From positions 16,554,001 to 16,618,000 of the forward strand of contig CM106586.1 in NCBI GenBank assembly GCA_048013815.1: a stretch of 64,000 nt of DNA, given 5' to 3'. The number at the start of each line of letters is the position of its first letter. Within the stretch, counting starts at the first letter, position 1. This stretch comes from Setoptus koraiensis. Lineage: Eukaryota; Animalia; Arthropoda. Below are positions 13,621-25,877 of this stretch, piece by piece. The position numbers were made by a program, and so were the translations under genes. The notes below the pieces were generated by a model. The model searched no databases and was not told the origin of the DNA. It saw only the letters and a list, made by a program, of their open reading frames with translations.

Positions 13621-15118
13621 TCACATCATACGACTGACAGTATTCAACTGATAATATTCAACAAACGACAGATAATATTCTACGAACGACAGATAATATC
13701 CAGTGTGCGACTCACGCGATGCGCGGCACGCTGCAGACAATGCAACATAATTGTTGGCACAGTTAGCGCAGTTTATTGCCAATATATATAAATAATATGA
13801 CATGCACCGCGGCGCATAGTGACAAATGGGGTGCTCTTATCTGTGTGCAGTATCTATTTCAGCACAGTTATCAATATTGTGCATACGTCGGAATCGGTGT
13901 CCGCGCTGGGCCAGATAATGTATAAAATGTAGCTCATTTGAGCATATCATCATTAGCATCATTGGCAGCCGTTTGCAGCGGCTTGTACAGTGGCCTGGTC
14001 GTGTCCACTCGCTGTCGCCGGACTGCTCATAGTTGACTGAGTCGCGCCAACCATATAGCACCGACCGGACCGCGCCAACCATAGAGCACCGGCCGGACTG
14101 CGCCAACTGCTCACCTCCGGACTGCGTGCCCGAATCGGTGCGCCATTTCGTGCCATTTCGCGCCATTTCGCGCCGTCCCTGGTCGCTCGCTGCAGCGCCA
14201 GGGACGGCCACTGTCCAGTAGCCAGTCGCCGGCCAGATAAGTAGTGATGCGAGCCCCCAATCAGTGAATCAGCGAATCGATGATCCAGATTGATGATGCT
14301 CTAAAAGGAGTGACAAACTCCTCTACGCACACCAACATGGACCATTATTCTCGAGCACGCGGCGCGAGCACACTGCGGACCCCAAACTGTTCTGTGCCGT
14401 CATTTGTTGCGCCGGACCTCCTGGCGCCCCAAACACCATTAGGCACTAGTGAGCAGTTTGATTGTGACTGTGATTTCGATTTAAATCTCTGCCCCCCGTT
14501 TGTCTGTGTCTGACTGTTTGTGTTGTGTCCGATGTACACAACACAAACAGAGAGCGAGAGCGGGCGTGATTAAAATTTCATTTGCACATTGCATCATCAC
14601 AACAAACTAACAACTGACAACTACCGACTACCGACTGCCAACAACTCAACAGTAACTACCACCAGAGGGCCAGGTAACCAGTGAGCATTGGGCTGGACAT
14701 TGTTTTGCCCAATTGGCAGCATTATCGGCATGCCTATCGGGCATTACACGCTTCCAATGATTCGGATTAGCGAATCATTATGCCATTATTGTGCGCAATA
14801 GAGATTGCAGAGTCAGAGATTGTCGTTTAATCGGCTCATTCGCTAATGCACTCGCTTTGTCCATTGAAATAGCTCTCCGCTGCTCACAATAAGGCCAGCA
14901 ACTGGTGCGAGGCGCCCTCCGCACTGACTTGTCGGCCCGCTTGGAGACCCGGCCGGCCGGCGCGGCGACAAGTCGCTGTGCCGAGTGGTCGGCGGGTCTC
15001 GGCCGAGCGGCACAATCAACAGAAATCCGATTAGAATTGAATTAGATTCGGCGCACACAATCCGCTGTTGGCGTCATAATCCGATAATTGATCTAGTTGG
15101 CCGACTGGCCGGCCCTTC

Positions 15119-15205
15119 ATTGGGCCGGCTCCGCATTGGGCCGGCTCCGCATTGGGCCGGCTCCGCATCGGGCCGGCTCCGCATTGGGCCGGCTCTGCAT
15201 TGGGT
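15119..15205. repeat. 16-bp minisatellite (ttgggccggctccgca)
   Basis: About 5 near-perfect tandem copies. Confidence 0.85.
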
Positions 15206-17104
15206 CGGCTCTGTTTTGGGCGGGCGGTCGGGCCGGCTCCCGCGACTCTGAATGGCGCTCTGAACGGCACTCTGAACGGGGGGCGCCCCGAGGTGCGCAG
15301 AGCGCGGGACAGAAAGCGGAAAGAGACGGCAGTCGTGAATAGAGAGAGGGCGCCCAATTGAAACGGCAACGACAACAACAACAACGACGACAACAACAGC
15401 AACAGCAACGACGCAAACAGCAGCAACAACGGCGACAACAATGACAAAGGTGAACAGGGTCACAGGCGCTTGTCATTGTTGTTTACTGTTTGTTGACTAA
15501 CAACACACACACACACACACTGTTGTTGTTGTTCTTCTTTTTGACGCCAATTTTATCTGGCTGCCTCTTTATCATTGTGCCTCTCCATTCATTGCGACCA
15601 CTCTGTTGACCTATGGCTCGTTTTTCTTTCTTTTTTTTCTGGTGCGCCCCGTGCTCGTATTACGCGCGCTTACTCATCAACTGGGGCCCAACTGCTCACC
15701 GGCTAATAACTTATCGCTGGCGCACGGTTGTTGTGTTCGCAAAGTGCCCTATGCTCACTACGGGGCTCGGGCTGTGCCCGGCGCCCACTTTGGCTCGGGC
15801 TGCAGCTAGGGTTACACTGTGCGCCGCTCACTGTACCAGTGGCACAGCGAGCAGGGCGACGAGGGCATAAGTAGAGCGTAATAAGCGTAGCATATAGTCG
15901 TGTAAATAGGCGTATAAATAGGTAAAGTGCGTGACAATTGCGCCAAAACAAGCCGACCAACAACCACGAGCTGCTACGTCACGTGCTGTGTAATACGATA
16001 CGAGCAGGCGAAAATGCGCCCTGATAAAGTCATCATTGTTGGCGCTGTTTAAAAATCGACGCAACGCTGCACGTCGCCGTTCGCGAACAATACCGGTTAC
16101 CGTTGGGCGCTCGTGGCTGCCGCTGTTGTTGTTGCTGCTGTTGCTGCTGTTGTTGTTGCTTTCGCTGCTGTTGTTGGCGTGGTTGTTGCTGTTGCTGCTG
16201 TTGCTGCCGTTCAACTCGGCAGCGACAATAATAACGACAATAATGAGCGCACAAAAAAGCACACATAACATTACCTCTGGCTCGTCCGTTTGTTTCCATT
16301 CAAATACAAATTCAGATTTCAAATTCGAGTTGGCATGTGAGGCGCGGGACCCGAGCGCCCCGCTTCCACGCTGGCCGCGGCGGCTGCCAGTGGCCACCGC
16401 ACCGGCCCTACAAATAAGAGAGCATTACATCAGCCAATGGTGCAATGCAAATCAATAAATGAATGCTAATGAGCTCAGCGTTGGCCGTCAGCGCAAACAC
16501 TCGGCACCCGCGCGCACGGTGCTTGACTCGCGTCGCCGGGCGCCGCCGCCGCCGCCGCGCTTACAAGTATCAAACATAATCAAACGTTCAAGTCTAAATA
16601 TTTAGAATGGGCCCCGCGTTGGACGGGCATGCCGTGACCTAGTTCCATTCACGGATTTATCTGCGGGCCGGACCGGCCAATCCGACCATTGGACGGATCG
16701 ACCATTCAACGATTCGATGATTCGACGACCATTCGCTCACGCGCTCATTCACTCGTCGCTGGCGGACAAAGTATCTTTGCAGCGGCTATTTATAGCGCTC
16801 CGACGTTAGTTTTATTAGTGTTTGCAAGCTGATTAGCACGCTTGTTGGCTGCCCACTGACCGGTGCTCGCCGACTGCCGCTAATCAACTGCCGGTCATTG
16901 CGGCGCGGCCCACAGCGATTGACGGGCGCTCGCACTGTGGTCTTGCTGGCGTCGCGCGTCGCCGGGCCGCAGCGCATCGCCGGGCCGGTGCGCTGTTGTT
17001 ATGCCCGGTGTTGCGGCGTATGGCGGGCTCGTCGGGCCCGCCGAGAGCGATGCGATACAACGAAAGGGCGCTGCAACACAACGAGAGGGCAATGCAACAC
17101 GACG

Positions 17105-17185
17105 AGAGCGATGCGATACGACGAGAGCCATGCGATACGACGAGAGCCATGCGATACGACGAGAGCCATGCGATACGACGAGAGG
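17105..17185. repeat. 19-bp minisatellite (atgcgatacgacgagagcc)
   Basis: About 4 tandem copies, with degenerate copies upstream from ~17045. Confidence 0.8.
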
Positions 17186-17835
17186 GCAATGCGCGAGATG
17201 GATAGATAAGCGAGTGTGAGAGCCGACAATTGCATAGGAATTATTGTGAATGGCTACTAGTTGTGAATGGCTGCCAGCCGAGCGCTTCTCCGCCCGTCTG
17301 GCAACAGCAACAACGGCATCCCCAGCAGCAGCAGCAACAGCAACAACAGCAGCAACAACAGCAGCAACAACAGCAGCGGCAACTCCGGCAACAACAGCAG
17401 CAGCAACAACAACTCCAGTTGGCTTATCCATTGACGAAATCAAGTCTCTGCTTTTGTTGTTGCGCTGGCTGTTGTTGCTGTTGAGTAATAGACGATAATG
17501 GATATTATTGCATTTTATTGCTCCATCGGCTTGCTCGCCTCTCTCGCTCAATATGCTTCCAATGTTTGCCGTGTGTTTTTTGGCTCAACTCTCGGCAGCG
17601 GCAACGACAACAACAACAACGACAACGACAGCAACAACAACAACGACAACAACAACAACAACTACAACAACACCGACAACTACAGCGCCAGCAGTCGCAA
17701 AATGATGACGACGGCACACAAAGAAAGAGGAAGAAGCACCATTACTCAACAGCAGTCTATAGATAGATATAGGCGCTGCGCTCGGCCACCGTGTTGCTCG
17801 TTAGTCGTCGACGTTGCCGTTGTTGTTGTCGCTGT

Positions 17836-17867
<32 letters not shown>

Positions 17868-20800
17868 CTGCTGTTGTCGTTGTTGCTGTTGCTGCTGTTG
17901 CTGCTGTTGCTGCTGGAGGACAATAAATCACACACGGCCCTATAATGTGCCATTGTGATACAACTGGCGTTGCACACAACAAGGCATACACAACAATCGC
18001 GACAACGCTGATTAATAGACACCGATGTTTTGACTTTTTTGCTGCGTCTCGTTCGCTCATAAACAGTTGGCACAAACTCGACACACGCTCCGTAACGAGC
18101 CATTGAATGAAAAATAATCGACACCTTGTGTTTGTTTGCCTTATTGAGCGTGCCTTATTGATGATGAGATCAAATTGGGCGCAACTAAACACGCCGAAAC
18201 AATCCCGTCGCGGGCTCACCTTTCCACTTGCCCCGTCAATGCGGAATACCCGTCGCCGGAATTCGGGCCGCACCGACGCGTTCTCATGCTTGTGTGTTCG
18301 CCGATGAGCGGCCGGCCGTCGATTCGGCCAATTGATTCGGCCGCCCGATATGGCCGCCTGATTTGACCGATCGATCTGGCGATTGATCTGGCCACATGCG
18401 CGCAAATGCGCACAAAAAATGCCCGACGAAGGCCCGACCAGCGGCCGACGAGACGCCCGGCGAGCGGCCGCCACTGCACCTGCTGCAGGGCGCGTCGGCC
18501 CGTCAAACGATCGAGCCCGTTGGGCGCAAAAGCGACCCGGCGACCGACGGCGGCTCATTTGCATACCTGATTGATGGACGCTAATGTGTGCGTCTGTGTG
18601 TGTGTGTGTGTTGCAAATTGTTGCTCATTAGCGACAGGTGAAGTGTTAACGTGCCCATTGTTTGCCGCTTTTATGCTCTGTTCTCACACGGCTCGCTAGC
18701 ACACAACCGGCACAACCGATAGAGAGATAAATCTGAGCAACCGATAGAGGGATAAATCTGAGCAACCGACAGAGAGGCAGAGACGCACAATGCAGGTATG
18801 TGTGTCATGAGCGCCGTAAAATGAGGAATTTCTCGCCTCTCGGCTTTTGGCTGTCGCAAGCTCAAATCACTGCGAGTTGGGTAGACGCTGGCTCACACCG
18901 CGCATCAAGTCAGTGATCAAATCATCAAATGGCTGCAAACAGCGGCGCTGGCTTTGTGCGTCTAGCTCAATTACACACATTGATGTTGTAGTTGTTGTTG
19001 TTGTTGTTGCTGTTGTTGTTGTTGTTGTTCAATGATCAATGGTTTGTGATCAATTATCAATCATCAATGATCTATCACTGCTCATCGCACGCCAGCCAGC
19101 TGATCGGCGGCTCGGTTCACCTGTGCCGACCGGTGGACAGGCGCAGAGTGTGCCAGCTCAGGTGTGTAATTTGTTGTTGCCAACAACAGCAACAACAACA
19201 GCGACGGCAACGACGTTAACAGCAGCAGCAACGGCAACCACGGCAACCACGGCAACAGCGGCAACAACAAGTGCATCGTCGGCCGGGCATTGAGCGTTGC
19301 CGGCGAGCTCGGGAATGTTGTCGACACCGACAGGGTATTAGCGACAGCGGGGTAGTGGGGGCGGTGAGAACAACAGATGAGCGGAGCGGATCACACGCTC
19401 ACTTTATCGATTTGGCCGCTGAGATCGATTTACGACAATTTGGGCGGTCAGCGCGCCGAACGAGCCAGCGACAAGAGGCCAACGGGCCGGCGATAATGGA
19501 CAACACATTATCGTTCGCAGATACTCAACCGGCCATAAAACGGATAAAACCGACAAAGTCGCCATCGGGCCACTACAGCGCCACTATAAAGTCGCTGCTG
19601 TCCACACAATCGCAGTGGCGCGATCGCTCGAAACAAGTAGCGCCGACCTATAGCTCGCTGGCGAGCCACCGGCCGGCCGGCCGGCGGGCCCGCCGCCGCG
19701 GGCGCGGCTCAGTCAAAGTCGGCCCGGCCAGAGTGGCTCGCAATTTCGGATTGCAACTCCCGAACACTGACGCGCCGAACACCGACGCGGCGTGTCGCGC
19801 CCCGAACATGCGAGCTCGTCGAGCTACAAACCGCCGAGCACTTCCGACGCGCAACAGCGCGCATTCCTGGGCGGCCGGTCAGCGCCCAGTCGGCGGCCGG
19901 CCGCGGCTTCTGTCGAGCGGCGGGCCGGCCGGAGGCGAACAGAAGTCGCTCGTGTCAATAAATCGCACCAATTATGTCGGTCGGCCGGCCAGCGCGGTGC
20001 GGTGCGGCGCGGCAAAGTCGCGGGCCGGCCGACGAGCATTTATAGTTTCATGCTACGCACACTGTCGGCCGCGACAAGTGTAATAATACGGGCCCTGCAA
20101 ATGGTGCCAGCGCCGACATAATAGACAGATAACTGCTGGCCAGCTCAGTGAGCAGGTCGCACAACAAGCCGGCAATTATCCAATCAGCGCTGACATCATC
20201 GCATAGTATTTATTTATATGATGGATATTTGTGTTGGATGCGCCACCGAGTAATGAAATAACCGCCGGCCGCAGACAGTGATGTGGGCGGCCGGCGGGTT
20301 GTCGGCTTTGATCAGGCTGACGGGCATCACGTCGGTCTGGCTGGCAAACATTTGTCACTACATATGTCATATTTATCGCCGGCGTGGCCACTTCCACCAT
20401 TGAGCGCGCTATAAACTGACTGCCCGCTGTCCACTTATCCGCACCGGACCGGACCGGCCATCAGCGGAGGGCACCATTATCGTTTTGTTTTGGCCGTGCC
20501 GACTGACGGGCCACAATCGACAATGGACAGTCACGCGGTCGGGCGAGGATCGGCCTACAATGGGCACAATCGAAAGTATTGACGACACAACGCCGCGAGA
20601 CAAGTGACTCGGCCCGTTTTATTCCCCTCGCTCGGGCGTTTCATTGAAACTCGACTCGAGCCACCACATCAAAGGAACTCGGCACAAACACTGGATATAA
20701 ACACTGGATATAAACACACTGTGTAAAACTAAATGACCATGAATAATAAAAAGCAGAGAGCGACAGAGAGAAATTCCTTCGCGCCAACGTCTCTATTGGT

Positions 20801-21684
20801 TGCCGCTTTGAACGGGCCGCTGCCCGCCACTCTGGCGCCACCTGCCGGCGCCCGCACGCACACCTTACAAGGCTCGGGGGCCACTTGTCGAGTTCGAAAT
20901 GAACTCCTGATTCCAATGTGTTGCATTGTGCCGGCAAGTTGCGCAATAATTATCCATCCGCGCTGGATGATCGCCGGCGTCAGGTCTGGCCAACGTGATC
21001 TGGCCAACGTGATCTGGCCAACCGGTGCCGTTGAACAACTCTGGCAAACAGCCATCGGCAAATGACATTCACCAGTGTAAACAAACAGAGCAAACAGCTC
21101 GTCCAAACAGAGGTCTCGCCAGCGACCATTCAAGGCTCTGTCTTGTTGCTTGACGGCAACACACGGTGACACTGGCGCAAATGCCAAGTGTCATTTGTGT
21201 CATTTGGTGGCAGTGTCGTAACTGCAGTCGCCATGGCTGACATGAGGCACCATGTTGGCAAATAATGACAACAAGCTGCACAAACATCCACATAGAGAGC
21301 CAGCCAAAGAGCCATGGAGAGCAGCGCAACGAAACAACGGAAATTTTGTTGCGTCACCTGACAGTGGCTGGCGTTCAGCAGCCTCTAAATGTCAGCTTGT
21401 TGTTTGTGTTGCTGCTGGCACGGTTGCGGCTGGTGCCCATTTGTCGGCGAAGCTAATTTCATTATCATCATCACTAGTAAGCGACGTGACAAGCGTCTAC
21501 AGGTACGAGGGCTTCTCTTTCGAACATTCGATTCAATCAGTGCCAGCCACAAGTGAACTAGCTCGCCAATCAAATCAATCGCCGACCAAATCAATCGCCG
21601 ACCAAATCAATCGCCAACAACCTGACGACAACAACCATTCAACTCATCAATTATTGAACTACCAAATCAACACAAACATTTAAA

Positions 21685-22617
21685 ATGGTCTCAATGAACA
21701 ACAGGCACAGTGTGGCCACAGCACTTTTGATTGCTGTCACAATGATCGTGTCCAGTCTACATTTAATGTGTAAGTTTATGCCGGGCAAAACGATTGACCG
21801 GAAGTAAGCGATAAACCAAAATTTGATCGATATTAGATGGCGGTGAGCTTACGAGCGTAGATTTTCTTGTGAAGATTTTATGAACAAAATTTAAAAAAAC
21901 TGTTGATATCTCCCACACTACTGTGCAATATACAACATATACAATGTATTGTTAGTGGCTGCGGACGCACCCACGGCCAGCGATATTTCGTCTGCGATGA
22001 ACTGGGACACGGCTAGAAATCTGCTCCAGAACGGCATATCCAATGGGGCGCTATTGTCTCAACAGGATCCCGCCAAGGTGAACGCATTGCGCCAGAGTAT
22101 CAAGGATGCCACAGGTAATGCCACTTAACCTGACAGAGGGGTGCACTTGCATCGCTCAACAGTGCACCGTTGTGTGGCCACTGTTGTTCTCAGACTGTCG
22201 TTCTCATAAATACTAATATATGTCACTAATATCACTAATATATATGTTCGCTGTCGCGTATTGCTAATGTGACATTAGCCCTCATTCAGGAGTACCGCCA
22301 GCACGGCTTGAGCAACATGCCCACGGTGCCCAATGTGCCCGTTGTGAGCAGCTTCGCCAACTTGCCGGATAAATTGATCAGGGCAGAATTGTCCATGCTG
22401 CAAGACGAGATAAAGATGATCCAAGAAATGATGGAAAATCCCGTCTCTGGAACCATGAATATCCCAACAAGTGAGTATGCGAGAGTGTGGCTTGGCTATC
22501 ATATTACCAATTTGTAGAGCTCATGACAACTCATGCACTGTTATGTGTCGCCCAATCGTCAACACTACAGATGTGGCCAACATGATCACGAGAATAGTTC
22601 AGCAATTGATGCACTAA
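21685..22617 (+). CDS. Uncharacterised secreted protein, 160 aa, 4 exons (21685-21769, 21956-22114, 22279-22470, 22571-22617)
   Basis: Three GT-AG phase-1 introns join into one open frame: MVSMNNRHSVATALLIAVTMIVSSLHLML-AADAPTASDISSAMNWDTARNLLQNG...ALIQEYRQHGLSNMPTVPNVP...NVANMITRIVQQLMH*. Exon lengths sum to 483 nt. The N-terminus is a hydrophobic signal-like stretch, and AATAAA signals follow at ~22706 and ~22728. Confidence 0.8.
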
Positions 22618-23332
22618 TCCCAAGACGGCAGGCCCAAGAAATACGACGACATGGTGACCTTCTCAACAGTATATAACAGAATATAACAGTATATAACAGT
22701 ATATAAATAAAGCAAGAGTCAACAACAAATAAAGTAAAGAAAAGATATCGTATCGCTACGCGAGCAACCCTATGCGCATATCGCACTGCATGACGCAACA
22801 GTATTACGTATAACAATATTCGTATAACAATATTCGTCGTATATAAATATGAAATCGATGTATCGACTGGCAGTTACATCGACACACCATTTTTTGTGCC
22901 CCTCGTGTGCCTCGCGAATTTGTGTGCGCTTTATTGTGCGCCTTTGTGCGTGTGTCTTGTGCACTTTCTAACAGTGTGTGTGTGTGCGTGCGTAGTGCGC
23001 CAAAGTGCCATAGGTCCTGTGCCATAGGCGTATTCCTGGGGGCAGCGTAACCTAGCGGTCGTAACTGCAGTTTGCAATGCCTGGTCCTGCCTGGCTGGCC
23101 GGCCCAAACAGGAGTGCAGTTGGAGGCGCCTCGAGCATGCTCAAGGAGAAAAGCGAAGGCTTCGCGTGATTTTGTTGTTCGTCATTTACATACGATACAC
23201 TCGATGATATATCACACACACACACAATATATATTTGTATGCTCGTGACCTGCTGATCGCTGTCTTGTCTCTTGTTTGTTTGTTGCCAGAGTATTGTTGC
23301 TGGAATATTGTTATTATTCAACTATTGTTGCT

Positions 23333-23412
23333 ATTACAGAGTATTGTTGTTATTACAGAGTATTGCTGTTATTACAGAGTATTGCTGTTATTACAGAGTA
23401 TTGTTGTTACAG
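23333..23412. repeat. 19-bp minisatellite (tacagagtattgttgttat)
   Basis: About 4 tandem copies upstream of pyruvate kinase. Confidence 0.8.
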
Positions 23413-23599
23413 TATTGTTGTTCAAGATCCTCTTGGTCATCGTCGCCATACGCCACTTACAGCCAATATCACGACTAGTTACCACACTAGTTTACAACTT
23501 TTTCCTCTAACACACAGTGAAAAATCTCACATTTCCCAGGCTCTGTCGACACTAGAGACACAGAGACACATACGCGCAAACAAACATATTCACACATAG

Positions 23600-23689
23600 A
23601 TGAGTGGTAGCAAGGACAGAAAGAGTGCTGGCAAGAAGAAACACAACAGGCCAAAGTCTGCCAAAAGCTCGCCCAAGATCGACTCTTCG
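23600..23689 (+). CDS. Candidate alternative first coding exon of pyruvate kinase (MSGSKDRKSAGKKKHNRPKSAKSSPKIDSS)
   Basis: ATG at 23600, 30 codons, then a strong donor tcg|gtaagt at 23690. An in-frame phase-0 acceptor actaatcag| lies at 23973 in the PK frame. Confidence 0.45.
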
Positions 23690-23832
23690 GTAAGTGGCTC
23701 ATCGACGACCAATTTCAAAAACTCAATCATTATCACTTTGTACTTTGACACACTAACACCACTCACTCGACCAACTCAATCAATAATCACGTTTAATTGT
23801 CCTATCCTGTCTCCTTTCGCCCCCCACCAATC

Positions 23833-25533
23833 ATGTATTCCACCCATCTATCACCACAACAGGGCCACAACAGTACATTGAGTCCCAATAATAAATCGCA
23901 ATTATCCCTGTCGCCTAGCTCCTCGACGCAACCCGCGGATCACAATCACAATTATCGTCACAACACTAATCAGAGCATCCAAACTAAAATGTCCGATTAC
24001 GGCTCTAATTTAACACACATGAGCAATCTCAGGATTGACACTCGGGTCGCTGCCACAAGACTCACAGGCATCATTTGTACTATCGGGCCCGCCTCGAAAA
24101 GTATTGAAACCCTCATGGAAATGATTGGCACCGGCATGAATATTGCACGCTTAAATTTTAGCCATGGCTCGCACGAGTATCATGCCGGAACTATTGCCGC
24201 CGTCAGGGACGCCGTCAGAAAGTACAGCGAAAAACAAAATATACCCCTGTGCCCCGTTGGTATAGCACTGGACACTAAGGGGCCCGAAATCAGAACAGGC
24301 CTTTTGAGCGCTGGCGGGGCCACTGGGGAGATTGAGCTTGTCAAGGGAAAAACTATTCGTGTTACAACAGACAAGAGCTTTGAATCAAAATGTTCAGCTG
24401 ACGATCTTTATGTGGACTATGCCAACATCACCAAGGTTGTTGTGCCGGGCAACAAGGTCTACGTTGACGACGGACTAATATCGTTGGTGGTGAAAGAGGT
24501 ACAAGCCGATCACCTTGTATGCCAAATCGAGAATGGCGGAAAACTGGGCTCAAGAAAAGGAGTTAATTTGCCCGGTGTTGCTGTAGATTTGCCAGCCGTA
24601 TCAGAGAAAGACAAACAAGATTTGTTGTTTGGAGTGGCGCAAGGTGTTGACATGATTTTTGCTTCCTTTATTAGAAGTGCCGATGGAGTTAAAGAAATCA
24701 GGCGTCTTTTGGGTGATAAAGGAAAAAACATACTAATAATATCGAAAATTGAAAATCACGAAGGTGTTAAACGTATCGATGAGATTATTGAGGCCTCTGA
24801 CGGTATCATGGTGGCCAGAGGTGACTTAGGTATTGAAATACCGCCCGAGAAAGTCTTTTTGGCACAAAAGATGATGATCAGCAAGTGTAATATTGCTGGC
24901 AAGCCCGTTATATGTGCTACACAGATGCTAGAATCTATGGTTAGCAAACCTAGACCAACTCGCGCTGAAAGTTCAGATGTTGCCAATGCTGTTCTGGATG
25001 GAGCCGATTGTGTCATGTTGTCAGGTGAAACAGCCAAAGGCGACTACCCTGTCGAAGCCGTCAGAATGATGCATGCGGTGGCCATGGAGGCTGAAACGGC
25101 CATGTTTACTGTTAATCTTTTCACTGAATTGAACCTGAAGACGTCATCACCAACGGAACCATCAACAGCGGTAGCCATAGCGGCTGTTAGTGCTGCAATG
25201 AAATTGCCAGCTGGGGCCATAATAGCGCTCACCACCACAGGAAAGACGGCTCATCAATTATCTAAATACAAACCTAGATGTCCCATTATAGCTATATCGC
25301 GCAATGCTCAAACTACCCGTCAAGGTCATCTGTGGAGAGGCGTATTACCATTGTACTATACTGGACAGAGATTAGATGATTGGGCCCAGGATGTCGACGC
25401 TCGTGTTAATAGCGCAATAGCTTTTGGACAAAGTCGTCGAATACTTAAGAAGGGGGATAATGTTATTGTTATTACAGGATGGAGACGAGGACCAGGTTCT
25501 ACTAATACTCTGAGAATACAAATAGTCAATTAG
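23833..25533 (+). CDS. PK: Pyruvate kinase (catalytic region intronless; start could be ATG 23833, ATG 23989 or the spliced exon at 23600)
   Basis: Motifs [110 protein letters not shown]. Confidence 0.98.
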   Translation: MYSTHLSPQQGHNSTLSPNNKSQLSLSPSSSTQPADHNHNYRHNTNQSIQTKMSDYGSNLTHMSNLRIDTRVAATRLTGIICTIGPASKSIETLMEMIGTGMNIARLNFSHGSHEYHAGTIAAVRDAVRKYSEKQNIPLCPVGIALDTKGPEIRTGLLSAGGATGEIELVKGKTIRVTTDKSFESKCSADDLYVDYANITKVVVPGNKVYVDDGLISLVVKEVQADHLVCQIENGGKLGSRKGVNLPGVAVDLPAVSEKDKQDLLFGVAQGVDMIFASFIRSADGVKEIRRLLGDKGKNILIISKIENHEGVKRIDEIIEASDGIMVARGDLGIEIPPEKVFLAQKMMISKCNIAGKPVICATQMLESMVSKPRPTRAESSDVANAVLDGADCVMLSGETAKGDYPVEAVRMMHAVAMEAETAMFTVNLFTELNLKTSSPTEPSTAVAIAAVSAAMKLPAGAIIALTTTGKTAHQLSKYKPRCPIIAISRNAQTTRQGHLWRGVLPLYYTGQRLDDWAQDVDARVNSAIAFGQSRRILKKGDNVIVITGWRRGPGSTNTLRIQIVN

Positions 25534-25877
25534 TTTAGAAGAGCAAAAAGAGTTGCAAACAATCAGCCAATAACTTATGTTGAGAGAGTAATAATTAATG
25601 AAAATCCTTGTCAAACATAGAATAGTTGATACACACAATTAGTTGTTGATAATATACATGTACAAGTAAACCATTGACTTTTTTCCTAGAAACATTTCTT
25701 GCTTTTCCCGCTTTTATTTTCAAATGTGAGTGTGCGCATTCGGCGTCTTTCCTAACATCAACAAAACAATGCTTATGATATCGGCGACATGATATTTTTA
25801 ACACCTTTTCTTACTTCGTGTTTCGTCTTGTATTATTTTCATAATGTCGATGATATTCTTCATTTAAAGACTAAAAA

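Noticed and set aside
16565-16590. Sequence resembling miR-190 (gattatgtttgatactt)
   Set aside because: The seed does not match, there is no convincing precursor hairpin, and the context is not the talin intron.
18220-18290. Cadherin-like FRIDxxSG motif on the minus strand
   Set aside because: Isolated short motif with no other cadherin repeat signatures nearby.
45-21600. Numerous 60-275 aa six-frame ORFs in the GC-rich zone
   Set aside because: Mostly low-complexity products of GC-rich or repeat DNA (often with TTG/GTG starts) or antisense shadows of CBF-beta; no recognisable domains.
23333-23412. CRISPR-like appearance of 19-24 bp repeats here and elsewhere
   Set aside because: Head-to-tail units without unique spacers, no cas genes, and a eukaryotic spliced-gene context.
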